Assembly: GCA_033811795.1 (NCBI GenBank)
Contig: JAPXNX010000001.1
Span: 1-39,476 of the forward strand
From: Methanolinea sp.
GTDB taxonomy: Archaea > Halobacteriota > Methanomicrobia > Methanomicrobiales > Methanospirillaceae
Direction of reading: 5' to 3'
Length of the DNA: 39,476 nt
Both the position numbers and the translations under genes were made by a program. Positions 1 through 10,387 of the stretch are shown here, in pieces; position 1 is the stretch's first letter, and each line of letters opens with the position of its first letter. Below the pieces are notes generated by a model, which did no database searches, had not been told where the DNA came from, and saw only the letters and a list, made by a program, of their open reading frames with translations.

Positions 1-95
1 GTTCGTTTCCAATGATGTGTGTGGCCACACCTTCACTATGGGAGATCTTGGTGCAGATCGAGTGATAAGGCCCTATTCTCTCCTAAAAATGGATC

Positions 96-101
96 AAAAA
101 A
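96..101 (-). terminator. oligo-T tract downstream of the MFS transporter gene
   Basis: A6 on the + strand (T6 on the coding strand), about 27 nt past the stop at 128-130. A second A5 lies at 85-89. Archaeal terminators are typically oligo-T runs. Confidence 0.4.
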
Positions 102-127
102 GGAGAGGACTGGTCCGGTGCCACTCT

Positions 128-1390
128 TCAGGACGCACCGGACCCCTGTACCTTCGGGGGTTTCATCAGGATCAGTGCAAGGGTGAACCCAAGCAGTGCC
201 AGGACGAAGACGTAGGGGAATACCCCCATGTAGGTCCCGGTCGCCATCTTGATGAACCCTGCGAGTTGCGGACCTGCGATAGCGCCTGCACCATAGGCAA
301 GGAAGATGATGCCGTAGCAGCGCGAGTAGTCGCACATCCCGAAATACGAGGCGGTCGCGGTCGGCGCAATGGCAAGCCAGCCGCCGAGGCAACCCCAGAG
401 AATGGCAAATCCGACGACGTAGACCGGGACAGTCGGGACCTGCCATAGGGCAACGGATGCGGCTGCAATGAGGATGAAGGAGACGAGTGCCGTGTTCCGG
501 GGCTTGAACCTGTCGGTGAGAGCCCCGAAGACCGGCCTTCCCACGCCGTTGAAGATTGCGAAGAACCCGACGAGAAGAGTTGCAAGCCCTGCCTCGATCC
601 CGACCTCTGTCCCGACAGGCTTTGCTATCGATATCGCCATCAGCCCCGCGAGGCACCCGATGAAGTAACAGGACCACAAGCCATAGAACGCCGGGGTCCT
701 GATCATGGCGGACCAGTTACATTCGCATGTCTCTTGACCTTTCTCGGGTGTTGGTGGTGTCCATCCTGCAGGTTTCCACCCGGGAGCAGGGAACCGCAGG
801 GGAACGGCGAGGAGGATGATCAGGACGATGAACACGATGCCGAAGGTGCGGAAAGTGTTCATCACCCCGATGGCATCGATGAGGTACCCGGCAATATTCG
901 CGGTCACGAATGCCGAAAAGCCAAAACCGAGCAGTGTCAGGCCGACCGCCGTCCCCCGCCTGTCCGGGAACCACTGGGCTGCGACAGCGACAGGGACACC
1001 GTACGCGATTCCAACTCCGATACCGCCGATGATCCCGTACACGATGTAGAGCATCCAGACCGATGTGACGGTCGAGGCGAGGAGCCAGCCGAGGCCCGTG
1101 AGGACACCTCCAGCGATGGTGACCCTGCGCGGGCCGAGTCTTTCTATGTACTTCCCGGTGAGTGGCATTGCGATCGCAAAGAATGCCAGAAAAACCGAAA
1201 ATGGCATCAGCATTTCGTTTGCGGTGACAGGCTGGCCCAGCTCCGTTGAGAAGTATGTCGTGAGCGGCCCGACAAAGACACTCCAGGAGTAGATGGTACC
1301 GAGGCAGAGGTTGATGATGAGCCCGATTATGACCAGGAGCCAGCGGCCCCGCTCGAGCGGCATGCCAAAAAGAGTCTGATTGCCAGACAT
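128..1390 (-). CDS. MFS transporter, oxalate/formate antiporter (OFA)-like family
   Basis: 420-aa ORF that is hydrophobic throughout. The N-terminus GRWLLVIIGLIINLCLGTIYSWSVF is typical of OFA-type MFS proteins. It starts 22 nt after the acs stop, with GAGGG about 8 nt upstream. Confidence 0.8.
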   Translation of the reverse strand: MSGNQTLFGMPLERGRWLLVIIGLIINLCLGTIYSWSVFVGPLTTYFSTELGQPVTANEMLMPFSVFLAFFAIAMPLTGKYIERLGPRRVTIAGGVLTGLGWLLASTVTSVWMLYIVYGIIGGIGVGIAYGVPVAVAAQWFPDRRGTAVGLTLLGFGFSAFVTANIAGYLIDAIGVMNTFRTFGIVFIVLIILLAVPLRFPAPGWKPAGWTPPTPEKGQETCECNWSAMIRTPAFYGLWSCYFIGCLAGLMAISIAKPVGTEVGIEAGLATLLVGFFAIFNGVGRPVFGALTDRFKPRNTALVSFILIAAASVALWQVPTVPVYVVGFAILWGCLGGWLAIAPTATASYFGMCDYSRCYGIIFLAYGAGAIAGPQLAGFIKMATGTYMGVFPYVFVLALLGFTLALILMKPPKVQGSGAS

Positions 1391-1412
1391 GGAAGAGTCC
1401 CTCTGGAAAAAA

Positions 1413-3314
1413 TTACTCTTCCAGGGTGGAGATATCCCCTGGGTCGATTCCCAGCTCTTTTGCCTTCAGTACGCGGCGCATAATCTTTCCGGAACGGGTT
1501 TTCGGGAGCTTGTCCACGAACTCGACCTCTGATGGCATGGCGATCGGCCCGAGAGTCATGCGGACATGGTAGATCAGGTCACTCTTGAGTTTGTCGCTCG
1601 GGGAGAACCCGACACGCAGGATCACGAATGCCTTGATGACGTTGCCCTTCATCGGGTCCGGCTTGCCGATGACAGCGGCTTCAGCGACCGCCTGGTGCGA
1701 CACGAGCGCGCTCTCGACCTCGGCAGTCCCGATGTTGTGGCCTGCGACGATGATGATATCGTCGGCCCTCCCGATGATCATGATGTATTCGTCCGTTTTG
1801 CTCTTGACAGCCAGATCCCCGGTGGTATAGCAGTCGGGGATTGTGTTCCAGTACGTCCGGTAGCGCTCATCGTTCTTGTAGACGGTGCGGAACATGGCTG
1901 GCCATGGTTTCATGATGACAAGGAAGCCACCGTTGCCTGGGGCGACAGGGTTCCCGGCCTTGTTCACCACGTCTGCAACGACACCCGGGATAGCTTTTCC
2001 AGCAAATCCAGGGCGCATGGGCTCGCCCACCATGGTCGTGATCATCTGCATGCCCGTCTCCGTCTGCCACCAGGTGTCGACAATGGGGCACTTTTGCTTT
2101 CCGATGACCCTGTAAAACCATTCGAATGCTTCGGGGTTCAGGGGCTCGCCGACCGAACCAAGGATCCGAAGGGACGACAGGTCAGAATTGTCGGGCCACT
2201 CCTCGCCGAACTTCATGAACATGCGGATAGCAGTCGGGGCAGTGTAAAAGATCGTGACCCCGAGGTCCTGGATGATCTTCCAATAGGAACCCGGGTCCGG
2301 GTAATCGGGAACGACCTCGGCAATGACAACCGTTGCCCCTATGGCAAGCGGCCCGTAGACGACGTAACTGTGCCCGGTGATCCAGCCGGTGTCCGCCGTG
2401 CACCAGTAGACATCGGTGTCTTTTACGTCGAAGACATGCTGGGTGGTATACCCGGTGCCGACCATGTAACCGCCGCAGGTATGGACGATACCCTTTGGTG
2501 TCCCAGTCGAGCCGCTGGTATAGAGGATGAAAAGCGGGTCCTCGGCGTCCATGACTTCGGGTTCGCATGTCGTTGGCATCCCCTCGATAATCTCCTTGTA
2601 GTCGACCTCCATCTCCCGGTGCAGTTCGACGGGCTGGTCCGTATCGCGCGAGAGGACGATAACTTTCTCCACGCTGGGGGCATTGATGATGGCCTCATCC
2701 ACTATGGCCTTCAACGGAATGGTCTTTCCACGGCGGATCGTGATATCTGCGGTGATGACTACCCTGGCCTCGGCATCCCTGATCCTCATGTTGAGGGCAG
2801 CTACCCCAAAACCGCCGAACACGACGCTGTGAACTGCCCCGATCCTCGCACACGCGAGCATGGCGATGATCTGCTCGGGGATAATCGGCATGTAGATGCA
2901 GACCCGGTCACCTTTCTTGATGCCAATCTTCTTCAGGCCATTGGCGAAGCGGCATACCTCGGTGAAGAGTTTCTTGTATGTAAATATCCTTTCTTCCCCT
3001 TGCTCTCCGCGCCAGATGAGTGCCACCTTGTTCTTTCGGTGGTTAGCTACGTGGCGGTCGAGGCAATTGGCAGTGATGTTGAGTTTGGCATTGACGAACC
3101 ATTTTGCATAGGGGTACTTCCATTCAAGGACTCTGTCCCACTTTTTGATCCAGTCGAAGTGGTGGGCCTGCTTCTCCCAGAACCCCTCCGGGTCGGCGAG
3201 AAACTCATTGTAGGCCGTTTTGTAATCATTTGTCCATGCGTTCTGCTTGTATGATGGATCCGGGATGTAAACCTTTTCGGCATCGGCCATCGGTACCTCA
3301 AATGAATCTGCCAT
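1413..3314 (-). CDS. acs: acetyl-CoA synthetase (AMP-forming)
   Basis: 633 aa. AMP-binding motif [18 protein letters not shown], and C-terminal TRSGKIMRR carrying the catalytic/acetylatable Lys. Length and N-terminus are typical of Acs. Confidence 0.95.
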   Translation of the reverse strand: MADSFEVPMADAEKVYIPDPSYKQNAWTNDYKTAYNEFLADPEGFWEKQAHHFDWIKKWDRVLEWKYPYAKWFVNAKLNITANCLDRHVANHRKNKVALIWRGEQGEERIFTYKKLFTEVCRFANGLKKIGIKKGDRVCIYMPIIPEQIIAMLACARIGAVHSVVFGGFGVAALNMRIRDAEARVVITADITIRRGKTIPLKAIVDEAIINAPSVEKVIVLSRDTDQPVELHREMEVDYKEIIEGMPTTCEPEVMDAEDPLFILYTSGSTGTPKGIVHTCGGYMVGTGYTTQHVFDVKDTDVYWCTADTGWITGHSYVVYGPLAIGATVVIAEVVPDYPDPGSYWKIIQDLGVTIFYTAPTAIRMFMKFGEEWPDNSDLSSLRILGSVGEPLNPEAFEWFYRVIGKQKCPIVDTWWQTETGMQMITTMVGEPMRPGFAGKAIPGVVADVVNKAGNPVAPGNGGFLVIMKPWPAMFRTVYKNDERYRTYWNTIPDCYTTGDLAVKSKTDEYIMIIGRADDIIIVAGHNIGTAEVESALVSHQAVAEAAVIGKPDPMKGNVIKAFVILRVGFSPSDKLKSDLIYHVRMTLGPIAMPSEVEFVDKLPKTRSGKIMRRVLKAKELGIDPGDISTLEE

Positions 3315-3543
3315 GTTATAGCACCTTTCCGTTTGGACTCATTCAATCAGCCATCTGTATCCTTTTGTATTGCAGGCGGGAATCCCCACCTCGTCATATC
3401 CTCTTCTATAGCACTCTCTTTCCCATAAGTGCGGTGTTCTCCAGCGATCGATCCCCTGGACGCATGAGCATGAGCGAACCAGAAATTCAGAAATGCATCC
3501 TTTATGCCCGCTATTCTGTCATCCCTCCCTGGTGATAATACTT

Positions 3544-3559
3544 TAATGATTAATCATTA
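3544..3559. promoter_or_regulatory. perfect 16-bp AT-rich palindrome TAATGATTAATCATTA in the acs/argC divergent intergenic region
   Basis: Read directly. It is self-complementary over all 16 positions and is followed by the TATA-like ATTATTAAAGG at 3562-3572, about 105 bp upstream of the argC ATG. Confidence 0.35.
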
Positions 3560-3663
3560 CAATTATTAAAGGTTGATGATTCGCATGCCAGGGGGAACTC
3601 TGGCTGCACAATGGTCGAAAAGGGGAAAAGAAGGATTAACATCTGCCAGAAAAAAATGGATCT

Positions 3664-4650
3664 ATGGATATTGCCATTGTCGGAGCCTCTGGATATACCG
3701 GTGGCGACCTCATCCGCCTGCTCCTCTTGCATTCCCACGTCCGCGTGGTCTGTGCCACGTCGAGGAAACTGGCGGGAAAACCAGTCGAATCTGTCCACCC
3801 ACACCTCAAAGGGCTGATAGACCTCCGGTTCAGCAATCCATCGGCAGACGAGATGGATGCAGATGTTGCTTTCCTTGCAGTTCCCCACACGGCAGCCATG
3901 TCGTATGCACGGCCACTGATTGCGCGGGGTATGAAGGTCATCGACCTCTCTGCTGATTACCGGCTCCCGAGGGATGTCTACGAGAAAGTTTACGGTGTCA
4001 CCCACACCGATTACTTCCCTGCCCCCTACGGTATCCCCGAGATTCACCGGGACTCGTACAGGAACGCGGACTTCGTGAGCAATCCCGGCTGTTTCCCGAC
4101 CGGTGCAACCCTTGCAGCAGCGCCGCTCGCCCGGTTCGCCCATACGATCGTTTTCGACTCGAAGACAGGGGTCTCGGGAGCCGGGGACAACCCCTCGTCC
4201 ACCACCCACTACCCAAACGTGGCAGATAACGTCAACCCGTACAAGTGGACCACCCACCGCCACCTTGCCGAGATGAAGCAGGAACTTGCAGCCCTAGGTT
4301 CCAGGGCAAAGTGCTATTTCACCCCGCACCTCGTCCCGGTCAACAGGGGAATCCTCACCACGGCCCACATCCTGCTGGGAAAGCCCATGGACCAGGCTGA
4401 GGTTGAGGAACTTTACCGGAAGTTCTATGGCGGCGAATTCTTTGTCCGGCTCCAGGACCCCAGCCTGGCTGCGGTCCGGGGGACCAATTTCTGCGACATC
4501 CGTGCAGAGAGCGAAGGAGAGCGGGTGGTCGTCGTATCAGCCATAGATAACCTCGGCAAGGGTGCAAGCGGGCAGGCAGTCCAGAACATGAACATCGTCT
4601 GTGGCTTTGACGAGAAGGAAGGGCTCGCCACAGCCGGGCTCCTGCCGTGA
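3664..4650 (+). CDS. argC: N-acetyl-gamma-glutamyl-phosphate reductase
   Basis: 328 aa. N-terminal Rossmann motif [10 protein letters not shown], active-site NPGCFPTG, C-terminal [16 protein letters not shown]. Confidence 0.95.
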   Translation: MDIAIVGASGYTGGDLIRLLLLHSHVRVVCATSRKLAGKPVESVHPHLKGLIDLRFSNPSADEMDADVAFLAVPHTAAMSYARPLIARGMKVIDLSADYRLPRDVYEKVYGVTHTDYFPAPYGIPEIHRDSYRNADFVSNPGCFPTGATLAAAPLARFAHTIVFDSKTGVSGAGDNPSSTTHYPNVADNVNPYKWTTHRHLAEMKQELAALGSRAKCYFTPHLVPVNRGILTTAHILLGKPMDQAEVEELYRKFYGGEFFVRLQDPSLAAVRGTNFCDIRAESEGERVVVVSAIDNLGKGASGQAVQNMNIVCGFDEKEGLATAGLLP

Positions 4651-4663
4651 AGGTGACACAGGA

Positions 4664-5137
4664 ATGCTGGTCCGAGACGTGATGACACGGGACCCGGTGA
4701 CAATCCAGGCCGATGCACCGATCCGGGAAGCTGCAGCGCTGCTGCGCAAACACAACATCGGCGGCCTGCCGGTAATGGAGGGAGACAGGCTGGTCGGCAT
4801 GATAACAGAGTCCGACATCCTTCGGCTCCTGCAGACCGGGAGGATATCCGACGACCTATGGCTCCCTTCCCCGCTCGAGGTCATCGAGGTCCCGATCAGG
4901 GAGTTCATCAACTGGGAGAAGACCCGCCGTGCGCTCACGTCGATCGGGGACCGCGAGGTCCGCATGGTGATGAGCCAGCCGCCCGTGACCATCAGCGACG
5001 ACGCCGATATCGAGGAAGCAGCATCCCTGATGCTCTCAAGGAAGATAGCACGACTCCCTGTCATGAGGGGTGACACCCTGGTTGGGATCGTGGCCCGGTC
5101 GGACATCATCCGGGGTATTGCCCAGGAAGGCGCGTGA
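4664..5137 (+). CDS. CBS domain pair protein
   Basis: The ATG at 4664 is preceded by AGGTGA (4651-4656). Two CBS repeats are visible: VRDVMTRDPVTI...GLPVMEGDRLVGMITESDILR and VRMVMSQPPVTI...RLPVMRGDTLVGIVARSDIIR. The track ORF start at 4601 overlaps the argC end and was trimmed. Confidence 0.85.
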   Translation: MLVRDVMTRDPVTIQADAPIREAAALLRKHNIGGLPVMEGDRLVGMITESDILRLLQTGRISDDLWLPSPLEVIEVPIREFINWEKTRRALTSIGDREVRMVMSQPPVTISDDADIEEAASLMLSRKIARLPVMRGDTLVGIVARSDIIRGIAQEGA

Positions 5138-5149
5138 GAGGATAGAGGG

Positions 5150-6307
5150 ATGTCCATGAAGAGCATCTGTGGTGTAGATGGCGTCACGGCGTGGGGGGAG
5201 AAGGAGGGGAAGTTCGGGCTCGCGCTGGTCAGGGCGGAAGGAGAATCCGCAGGCGTCTTCACATCGAACCTCGTGAAAGCAGCTCCCGTCAAGCTCATGG
5301 AGGAACGGATCCGGAGCGGGAGGCTTGCGGCAGTGGTCGCGAACAGCGGGTGTGCAAACGCGTACACCGGGGAGAGGGGCTACCGCGATGCGCAGGAGAT
5401 GGCAGTGATTGCCGCAGAGGCGATGGGTGTTGACCCCGGGGAGGTCGGCGTAGCGAGCACGGGGGTCATCGGAAGGTACCTCGACCTGCCCCTCATCCGG
5501 GACCAGTGCTACCGCGTCGCACCACGGCTTAGCCGGAGCGAAGAGGCCGAAAGCCGCGCAGCCCGGGCTGTCATGACAACTGACCGCACAGAGAAACATG
5601 CTCTCGTCCGGAACGAGACTTTCTCGGTTGGCGGCATCACCAAGGGGTCGGGGATGATAGCCCCGAACATGGGGACAATGCTTGGGTTCATTTACACTGA
5701 CGCAGAGATCCCCCGGGAGAAGCTCCGCGAGGCCCTTCGGGACGCCGCCCGCCGGACGTTCAACAGGGTGGTCGTCGACGGCGACACGAGCACGAATGAT
5801 ATTGCCCTCTGCACGGCGACCGGGAGGGCAGGAAAAGTGCCGGTCGAGGAGTTTTCCCGCGCCCTGGAGGAGTGCTGCAGGGCTCTTGCTGTCCAGATCG
5901 CCATGGATGGGGAGGGCGCGACAAAGCTCATCGAGGTGACCGTAAAGGGGGCTCCGGGAGAAGAAGAGGCCGCAACGGTGGCACGCACCATCGTTTCGTC
6001 GCCGCTCGTCAAGACCGCAGTCTACGGTGCCGACCCGAACTGGGGCAGGGTGATAGCAGCGGCAGGGAGGGCCGATGTGGCGTTCGACCCGGATCACGTT
6101 GATCTCTGGCTGGGAGGCGGAGACACTATCCTTCCGCTCGTCAGGGACGGGCAGATCGTGGTCGACCTCCCCAGGGCAAAGGCCCTGATGCAGGGCAGGA
6201 AGGTGGTGTTCGTCCTCGACCTTGCCTCTGGAAAAGGCGAGGCAACGGCGTGGGGATGCGACCTCACCGAGAAGTACGTGGAGATAAACGGGAGGTACAC
6301 GACATGA
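5150..6307 (+). CDS. argJ: bifunctional ornithine acetyltransferase / N-acetylglutamate synthase
   Basis: 385 aa. Self-cleavage/active-site region [24 protein letters not shown], and C-terminal [16 protein letters not shown] typical of ArgJ. Confidence 0.95.
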   Translation: MSMKSICGVDGVTAWGEKEGKFGLALVRAEGESAGVFTSNLVKAAPVKLMEERIRSGRLAAVVANSGCANAYTGERGYRDAQEMAVIAAEAMGVDPGEVGVASTGVIGRYLDLPLIRDQCYRVAPRLSRSEEAESRAARAVMTTDRTEKHALVRNETFSVGGITKGSGMIAPNMGTMLGFIYTDAEIPREKLREALRDAARRTFNRVVVDGDTSTNDIALCTATGRAGKVPVEEFSRALEECCRALAVQIAMDGEGATKLIEVTVKGAPGEEEAATVARTIVSSPLVKTAVYGADPNWGRVIAAAGRADVAFDPDHVDLWLGGGDTILPLVRDGQIVVDLPRAKALMQGRKVVFVLDLASGKGEATAWGCDLTEKYVEINGRYTT

Positions 6308-7179
6308 AGCGCGAAGATGTCCTGATGGAAGCGCTCCCCTACATCCAGGAGTTCCATGGGAAGACGATGGTGATCAAGCTCGGGGGGCATGCGATGATCG
6401 ACCAGGCAATTCTCGAGATGGCGATACGCGACGTTGTCCTCCTCCAGATCGTCGGGATCAGGCTCGTCCTCGTCCACGGTGGCGGCCCGGAGATCACTGA
6501 CAAGATGAAGGCCATGGGAAAGGAGCCGCGATTCGTTGGGGGCCTGCGCATCACCGACGAGGAGACTCTCGAGATCGCCCAGATGGTGCTCGTCGGCAAG
6601 ATCAACAGCAATATTGTCTCACTGATTGCAAAGAGCGGCGCCAAAGGGATCGGTCTCTCGGGGAACGACGGCAACCTGATCATCGCTAAGAAGATGGTAC
6701 CAAGACGTGTCTGCGTGGGGGGAGAGGAACACGAAGTCGATCTTGGACACGTGGGCGAGATCGAGGAGATAAACCCCCCTGTTCTCCATACCCTCCTCGA
6801 CAGCGGCCATATCCCAGTGATTGCCCCAATTGCCATCGACCGGAACGGGCAGAGCCTCAACATCAACGCGGACACCGCTGCGGGGGAGATTGCAATCGCC
6901 CTCCACGCGTATAAACTCATCAACATGACGGACGTGGACGGCATCCTGGACGCCTCGCGCAGCCATGTCTTCCGCCGGCTGGGTGTCGCAGAGGCGGAAG
7001 ACCTGATGGCAAAGGGTGTTGTCTCGGAAGGGATGATCCCGAAAGTATCTTCGATTATCCGTGCGGTGAAAAACGGGGTATCGTTCGGGCACGTGATCAA
7101 CGGGAACATCCCCCACAACCTCCTCCTGGAGATGTTCACTGACGAGGGCGTCGGGACGATGATAACGGCAGGGCGCTAG
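6304..7179 (+). CDS. argB: acetylglutamate kinase
   Basis: The ATG at 6304 overlaps the argJ stop (ATGA). N-terminus [20 protein letters not shown], then LVHGGGPEI and [12 protein letters not shown] motifs. The track start at 6250 lies inside argJ and was trimmed. Confidence 0.93.
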   Translation: MKREDVLMEALPYIQEFHGKTMVIKLGGHAMIDQAILEMAIRDVVLLQIVGIRLVLVHGGGPEITDKMKAMGKEPRFVGGLRITDEETLEIAQMVLVGKINSNIVSLIAKSGAKGIGLSGNDGNLIIAKKMVPRRVCVGGEEHEVDLGHVGEIEEINPPVLHTLLDSGHIPVIAPIAIDRNGQSLNINADTAAGEIAIALHAYKLINMTDVDGILDASRSHVFRRLGVAEAEDLMAKGVVSEGMIPKVSSIIRAVKNGVSFGHVINGNIPHNLLLEMFTDEGVGTMITAGR

Positions 7180-7190
7180 GGATATTTACC

Positions 7191-7196
7191 TTTTTT
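7191..7196 (+). terminator. oligo-T tract after argB
   Basis: T6, 12 nt after the argB stop (7177-7179), in a convergent intergenic region. Confidence 0.5.
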
Positions 7197-7222
7197 CGGG
7201 CATCATTGCACAGGAGACAGAG

Positions 7223-7230
7223 AAAAAAAA
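7223..7230 (-). terminator. oligo-T tract after the chorismate mutase gene
   Basis: A8 on the + strand (T8 on the minus strand), 14 nt downstream of the stop at 7244-7246. Confidence 0.5.
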
Positions 7231-7243
7231 CATGGTTGCAGGG

Positions 7244-7528
7244 TCACGGAAGGTTTCCGTCACCCTGGCACTCCTTCTGCTTCTCCTCGCTCATAGCGAT
7301 CAACAGCCCGAAGATCTTCTGGACTGAGAGGGGGTCGATCCCTTTTTCCACTGCATAATTGTAGGTGTGTTCCAGCACCTCTCGCGTCCGCTTCTCGTCG
7401 CGGACAGGCAGCCCCTCCGCCATCTTGGCCTGGGCCATGCGGGCTGCAATCTGCTGCCTCTTTGCAATCAGATCGATAATGTGCTCATCAATCCCGTTGA
7501 TCTCGGCCCGGAGTGCATCGATGGGCAT
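7244..7528 (-). CDS. chorismate mutase (monofunctional AroQ type)
   Basis: 94 aa, all-helical AroQ pattern: LRAEINGIDEHIIDLIAKRQQIAARMAQAK...PVRDEKRTREVL. Confidence 0.85.
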   Translation of the reverse strand: MPIDALRAEINGIDEHIIDLIAKRQQIAARMAQAKMAEGLPVRDEKRTREVLEHTYNYAVEKGIDPLSVQKIFGLLIAMSEEKQKECQGDGNLP

Positions 7529-7623
7529 ACATTCTACCTACGGGGAGTCCGGAGATTTAAAGATGGTGGCGCATTCCAAAGGGCATAAGGTATGAAAGTT
7601 CCAGATATACGGACTGAAGAGAC

Positions 7624-8235
7624 ATGCTCGAAAGAATCACCCCACGCGAAAGGTCAGACCTCCTGGTAGCGTGGCTTGCCATATCCATCGCATTCTCCCT
7701 CATCTTCATCAGGGGAGGTGTGACGCTGGAGACGTTCCTCGTATTCCTCATCGTCTCCTTGTTCACAGTGGGTATCGGGTTCATCCTCCACGAGATGGCG
7801 CACAAGTTCACGGCGATGAGGTATGGTTACTGGGCAGAGTTCCGCAAAGACAACCTCATGCTTCTCGTTGCAGTCGTTATGGCAGCTCTTGTCGGGGTCG
7901 TGTTTGCGGCTCCCGGTGCAACCGTCATCTACGGGGCATACATCACGAGGGAACAGAACGGGAAGATATCCGCGGCTGGGCCTGCTGTCAACCTGGTGCT
8001 GTGCGGGGTCTTTGCAATCCTTGCCTTGGTCGCCGGTATGATCTCTTTACCCATGCTTGCCCTTGTCGGGACGGTCGGCCTGCAGGTGAATGCCATGATC
8101 GCCGCATTCAACATGCTTCCCGTCAGCGTGCTCGATGGCAGGAAGGTACTTGCCTGGAACCCGGCAGTCTTCGTGGTCCTGATCGTCGCAGCGTTCGGGA
8201 TACTGCTGGCATCATATTACATCCTTGCACCATGA
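7624..8235 (+). CDS. site-2 protease family metalloprotease (peptidase M50)
   Basis: 203 aa polytopic membrane protein. It has the HExxH motif (HEMAHK) in a TM segment and the second S2P motif AFNMLPVSVLDGRK. Confidence 0.85.
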   Translation: MLERITPRERSDLLVAWLAISIAFSLIFIRGGVTLETFLVFLIVSLFTVGIGFILHEMAHKFTAMRYGYWAEFRKDNLMLLVAVVMAALVGVVFAAPGATVIYGAYITREQNGKISAAGPAVNLVLCGVFAILALVAGMISLPMLALVGTVGLQVNAMIAAFNMLPVSVLDGRKVLAWNPAVFVVLIVAAFGILLASYYILAP

Positions 8236-8423
8236 AGAGAAGACTGTGATCATCACGAGGCATGACATCCATCCTGTCCATCCCTGGGCAGGCAGGGCTA
8301 CCCCGAGCACGAAAGGAACGATCTTTTGGGAGGTCGTTCCGGGTGGTGACCGGCTGGAATGGGACCCGGGTGCTGGTTCCTGGCTCGTGCCTTGTGATGA
8401 CACAAGTATCCTGGGCAGGGATG

Positions 8424-9044
8424 TCACCTTCCCTCTTTTGCACCGCTCTTGAGCCGGGCGATCACCTCGACGACTGAACGCCCTTTCTCTGCTGCTTTGG
8501 CAAGCGCGGTCGGATGCGCATGGATACTCCCGTACCGGTCCATGTCGTTTGCAATGATGTTGTCGTAGTACTCGAATCCCAGCGTATTGAAGAAGGCTGT
8601 GACAGCGGGGAATGCCGCGTCAAAGACATTGTCCCAGGAGAGCCCAGCCGTCGAGATAAAGATCCCCTTGTGCTTCCTGACGTGTTCGTCTGAAAAGAAC
8701 ATGGTCTTCAGGATGAACTTCCTCGCCCACAGGAACTGGGCCCGGTCTATCAATCCTTTCAGCTCGGCGGTGATCCCCATGCTGTAGATCGGGGATGCGA
8801 CTGCCAGGCAGTCGGAAGAGAGGATGCGTTCGAAGAGGGGGATCGCATCGTCCGAGACGATGCAGTTCCCGGTCTTGTGGCATGCGTTGCACCCGCGGCA
8901 GGGGGAATAGGCGAGATCCTTGAGGATGACTTTATCTATTTCCGCGCCGGATTCCCGTGCTCCTTCGAGGAACGCATCGAGGAGTGTCTCTGTGTTCCCG
9001 TGCCGGTGCGGGCTCCCGGAGAGACCGATGACATGAAGTGTCAT
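8424..9044 (-). CDS. iron-sulfur flavoprotein (Isf-like, NADPH-dependent FMN reductase fold), copy 1
   Basis: The ATG at 9044 is preceded by GGAGG (complement of 9051-9055) and lies 1 nt after the stop of the upstream paralog. N-terminus VIGLSGSPHRHGNTE and compact Cys motif CRGCNACHKTGNC (C-x2-C-x2-C-x5-C). Confidence 0.85.
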   Translation of the reverse strand: MTLHVIGLSGSPHRHGNTETLLDAFLEGARESGAEIDKVILKDLAYSPCRGCNACHKTGNCIVSDDAIPLFERILSSDCLAVASPIYSMGITAELKGLIDRAQFLWARKFILKTMFFSDEHVRKHKGIFISTAGLSWDNVFDAAFPAVTAFFNTLGFEYYDNIIANDMDRYGSIHAHPTALAKAAEKGRSVVEVIARLKSGAKEGR

Positions 9045-9045
9045 T

Positions 9046-9663
9046 TCACTCCTCCAGCCTCCTTGCGAGCTCTGCAATCACTTCGCGGCCCAATTGTCCG
9101 GAGCTTCTGCGTGCAGTGGGGTGCGACAGGATGGCACCCTTCTCGTCGACACCATTGACCATCAGGTACCGGATGTCCCGGTTGGGGATATCGACAACGT
9201 GGAAGAAACACTTCACCGTGGGGACAGCGCCATCGAACACGTGGTCCCAGTTCTGCCCGGCCGTGGAGAGGAATATCCCGATACGCTTTCCCTTCCGTTC
9301 CAGCGGTACAACGGGGAGTTTCAGAACGTACTTCCTCGACCGGAATACCTGGAAACGGTCAATCAGGGCTTTTGCCTGGGAACAGATCCCCATGCAGAAT
9401 ATGGGTGCGGCAAGGATGAGGCAGTCGGCATCGATGATCTTGTCGTGCAGGACGTCCATCCCGTCGCGCTGGACGCACCTGTTCAGCTTCTCGCAGGCGT
9501 TGCATCCCCTGCACGGGTTCACGTCTGCATCGGCGAGGGCAACCTTCTCGATGGCGACACCCCCCTCCTGCTCCATCGCCCCGAGGACCCAGTCAAGGAG
9601 CGTCTCGGAGTTGCCACCCCGCCGCGGGCTGCCGGCGAAGGCAAGGACTTTGATATCCATCAA
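9046..9663 (-). CDS. iron-sulfur flavoprotein (Isf-like), copy 2
   Basis: 205 aa. AFAGSPRRGGNSE and CRGCNACEKLNRC (C-x2-C-x2-C-x5-C). It is a paralog of the downstream gene. Confidence 0.85.
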   Translation of the reverse strand: MMDIKVLAFAGSPRRGGNSETLLDWVLGAMEQEGGVAIEKVALADADVNPCRGCNACEKLNRCVQRDGMDVLHDKIIDADCLILAAPIFCMGICSQAKALIDRFQVFRSRKYVLKLPVVPLERKGKRIGIFLSTAGQNWDHVFDGAVPTVKCFFHVVDIPNRDIRYLMVNGVDEKGAILSHPTARRSSGQLGREVIAELARRLEE

Positions 9664-9739
9664 TGAACCCTTGGGCCCGGCAGGTGAAAATAATGTGTGA
9701 AAGGACAGCCGTTCAGGTTCGAAAAGGGGGGGGTGAGTC

Positions 9740-10381
9740 TCAGATATTCTTGAAGCAGAGGTACCAGTCCTTGCACTCGTACCCCTCGGAGAGGCGCTTA
9801 TCCATCTCCGCCTTGTTCTTCGGTGCAGGAACCACGACCTTTTCCCCCGGCTGCCAGTTTGCAGGGGTCGAGACTCCGTACTTGTCGGTCGTCTGGAGGG
9901 ACTTTACCAGCCTGATAATCTCTGGCATGAAACGCCCTGCAGTGAGCGGGTAGTAGATCATGGCCCGGAGAATCCCCTTGTCATCGATGAAGAAGACCGC
10001 ACGGATGGCCGATGTGCTGCTTTGCCCTGTGTGGATCATCCCATATTTCTTTGCAACTTTCATGTCGATGTCGGCGATGATTGGGAACGGGATATCGACT
10101 CCCATCTTCTCCTTGATGTTGCGGATCCACGCGAGGTGGGAATGGACCGAGTCGATGGAGAGGCCCAGCAGTTGGACGTTGAGGGACTTCAACTCCTCGA
10201 CTATCCGCGAGAACGCGATGAACTCCGTTGTGCACACTGGCGTGAAGTCTGCAGGGTGTGAGAATAGGACGAGCCATTTCCCCTTGAAGTCGGAGAGTTT
10301 CACCATGCCCGAAGTTGTGAGGGCCTCGAAGTCCGGGGCCGGTTCGCCAAGGATGGGCATAGAGCCGAATTCACCACACAT
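9740..10381 (-). CDS. peroxiredoxin (archaeal Prx6/1-Cys-like with C-terminal C-x5-C)
   Basis: 213 aa. Peroxidatic Cys motif HPADFTPVCTTEF and C-terminal CKDWYLC. An alternative start is M8 at 10360. It lies 6 nt downstream of the CMD-family gene. Confidence 0.9.
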   Translation of the reverse strand: MCGEFGSMPILGEPAPDFEALTTSGMVKLSDFKGKWLVLFSHPADFTPVCTTEFIAFSRIVEELKSLNVQLLGLSIDSVHSHLAWIRNIKEKMGVDIPFPIIADIDMKVAKKYGMIHTGQSSTSAIRAVFFIDDKGILRAMIYYPLTAGRFMPEIIRLVKSLQTTDKYGVSTPANWQPGEKVVVPAPKNKAEMDKRLSEGYECKDWYLCFKNI

Positions 10382-10387
10382 GCCCTG

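Noticed and set aside
1566-3254. 562-aa ORF on the + strand, the longest unexplained ORF in the track
   Set aside because: It is exactly antisense to acetyl-CoA synthetase. It is rich in Asp, Gly, Arg, Pro and Val with no recognisable motif, a typical high-GC shadow ORF.
3573-3579. C-box-like (R)UGAUGA motifs in intergenic DNA (also at 8394-8400 and 34187-34193), as possible C/D box sRNAs
   Set aside because: None has a CUGA D' or D box at the required ~12-nt guide spacing, and none has a second C'/D pair.
5036-6097. 353-aa minus-strand ORF (and 4537-5367, 276 aa)
   Set aside because: Both are antisense to argJ and the CBS gene, whose products carry clear family motifs. The composition is Arg/Pro/Cys-rich and non-protein-like.
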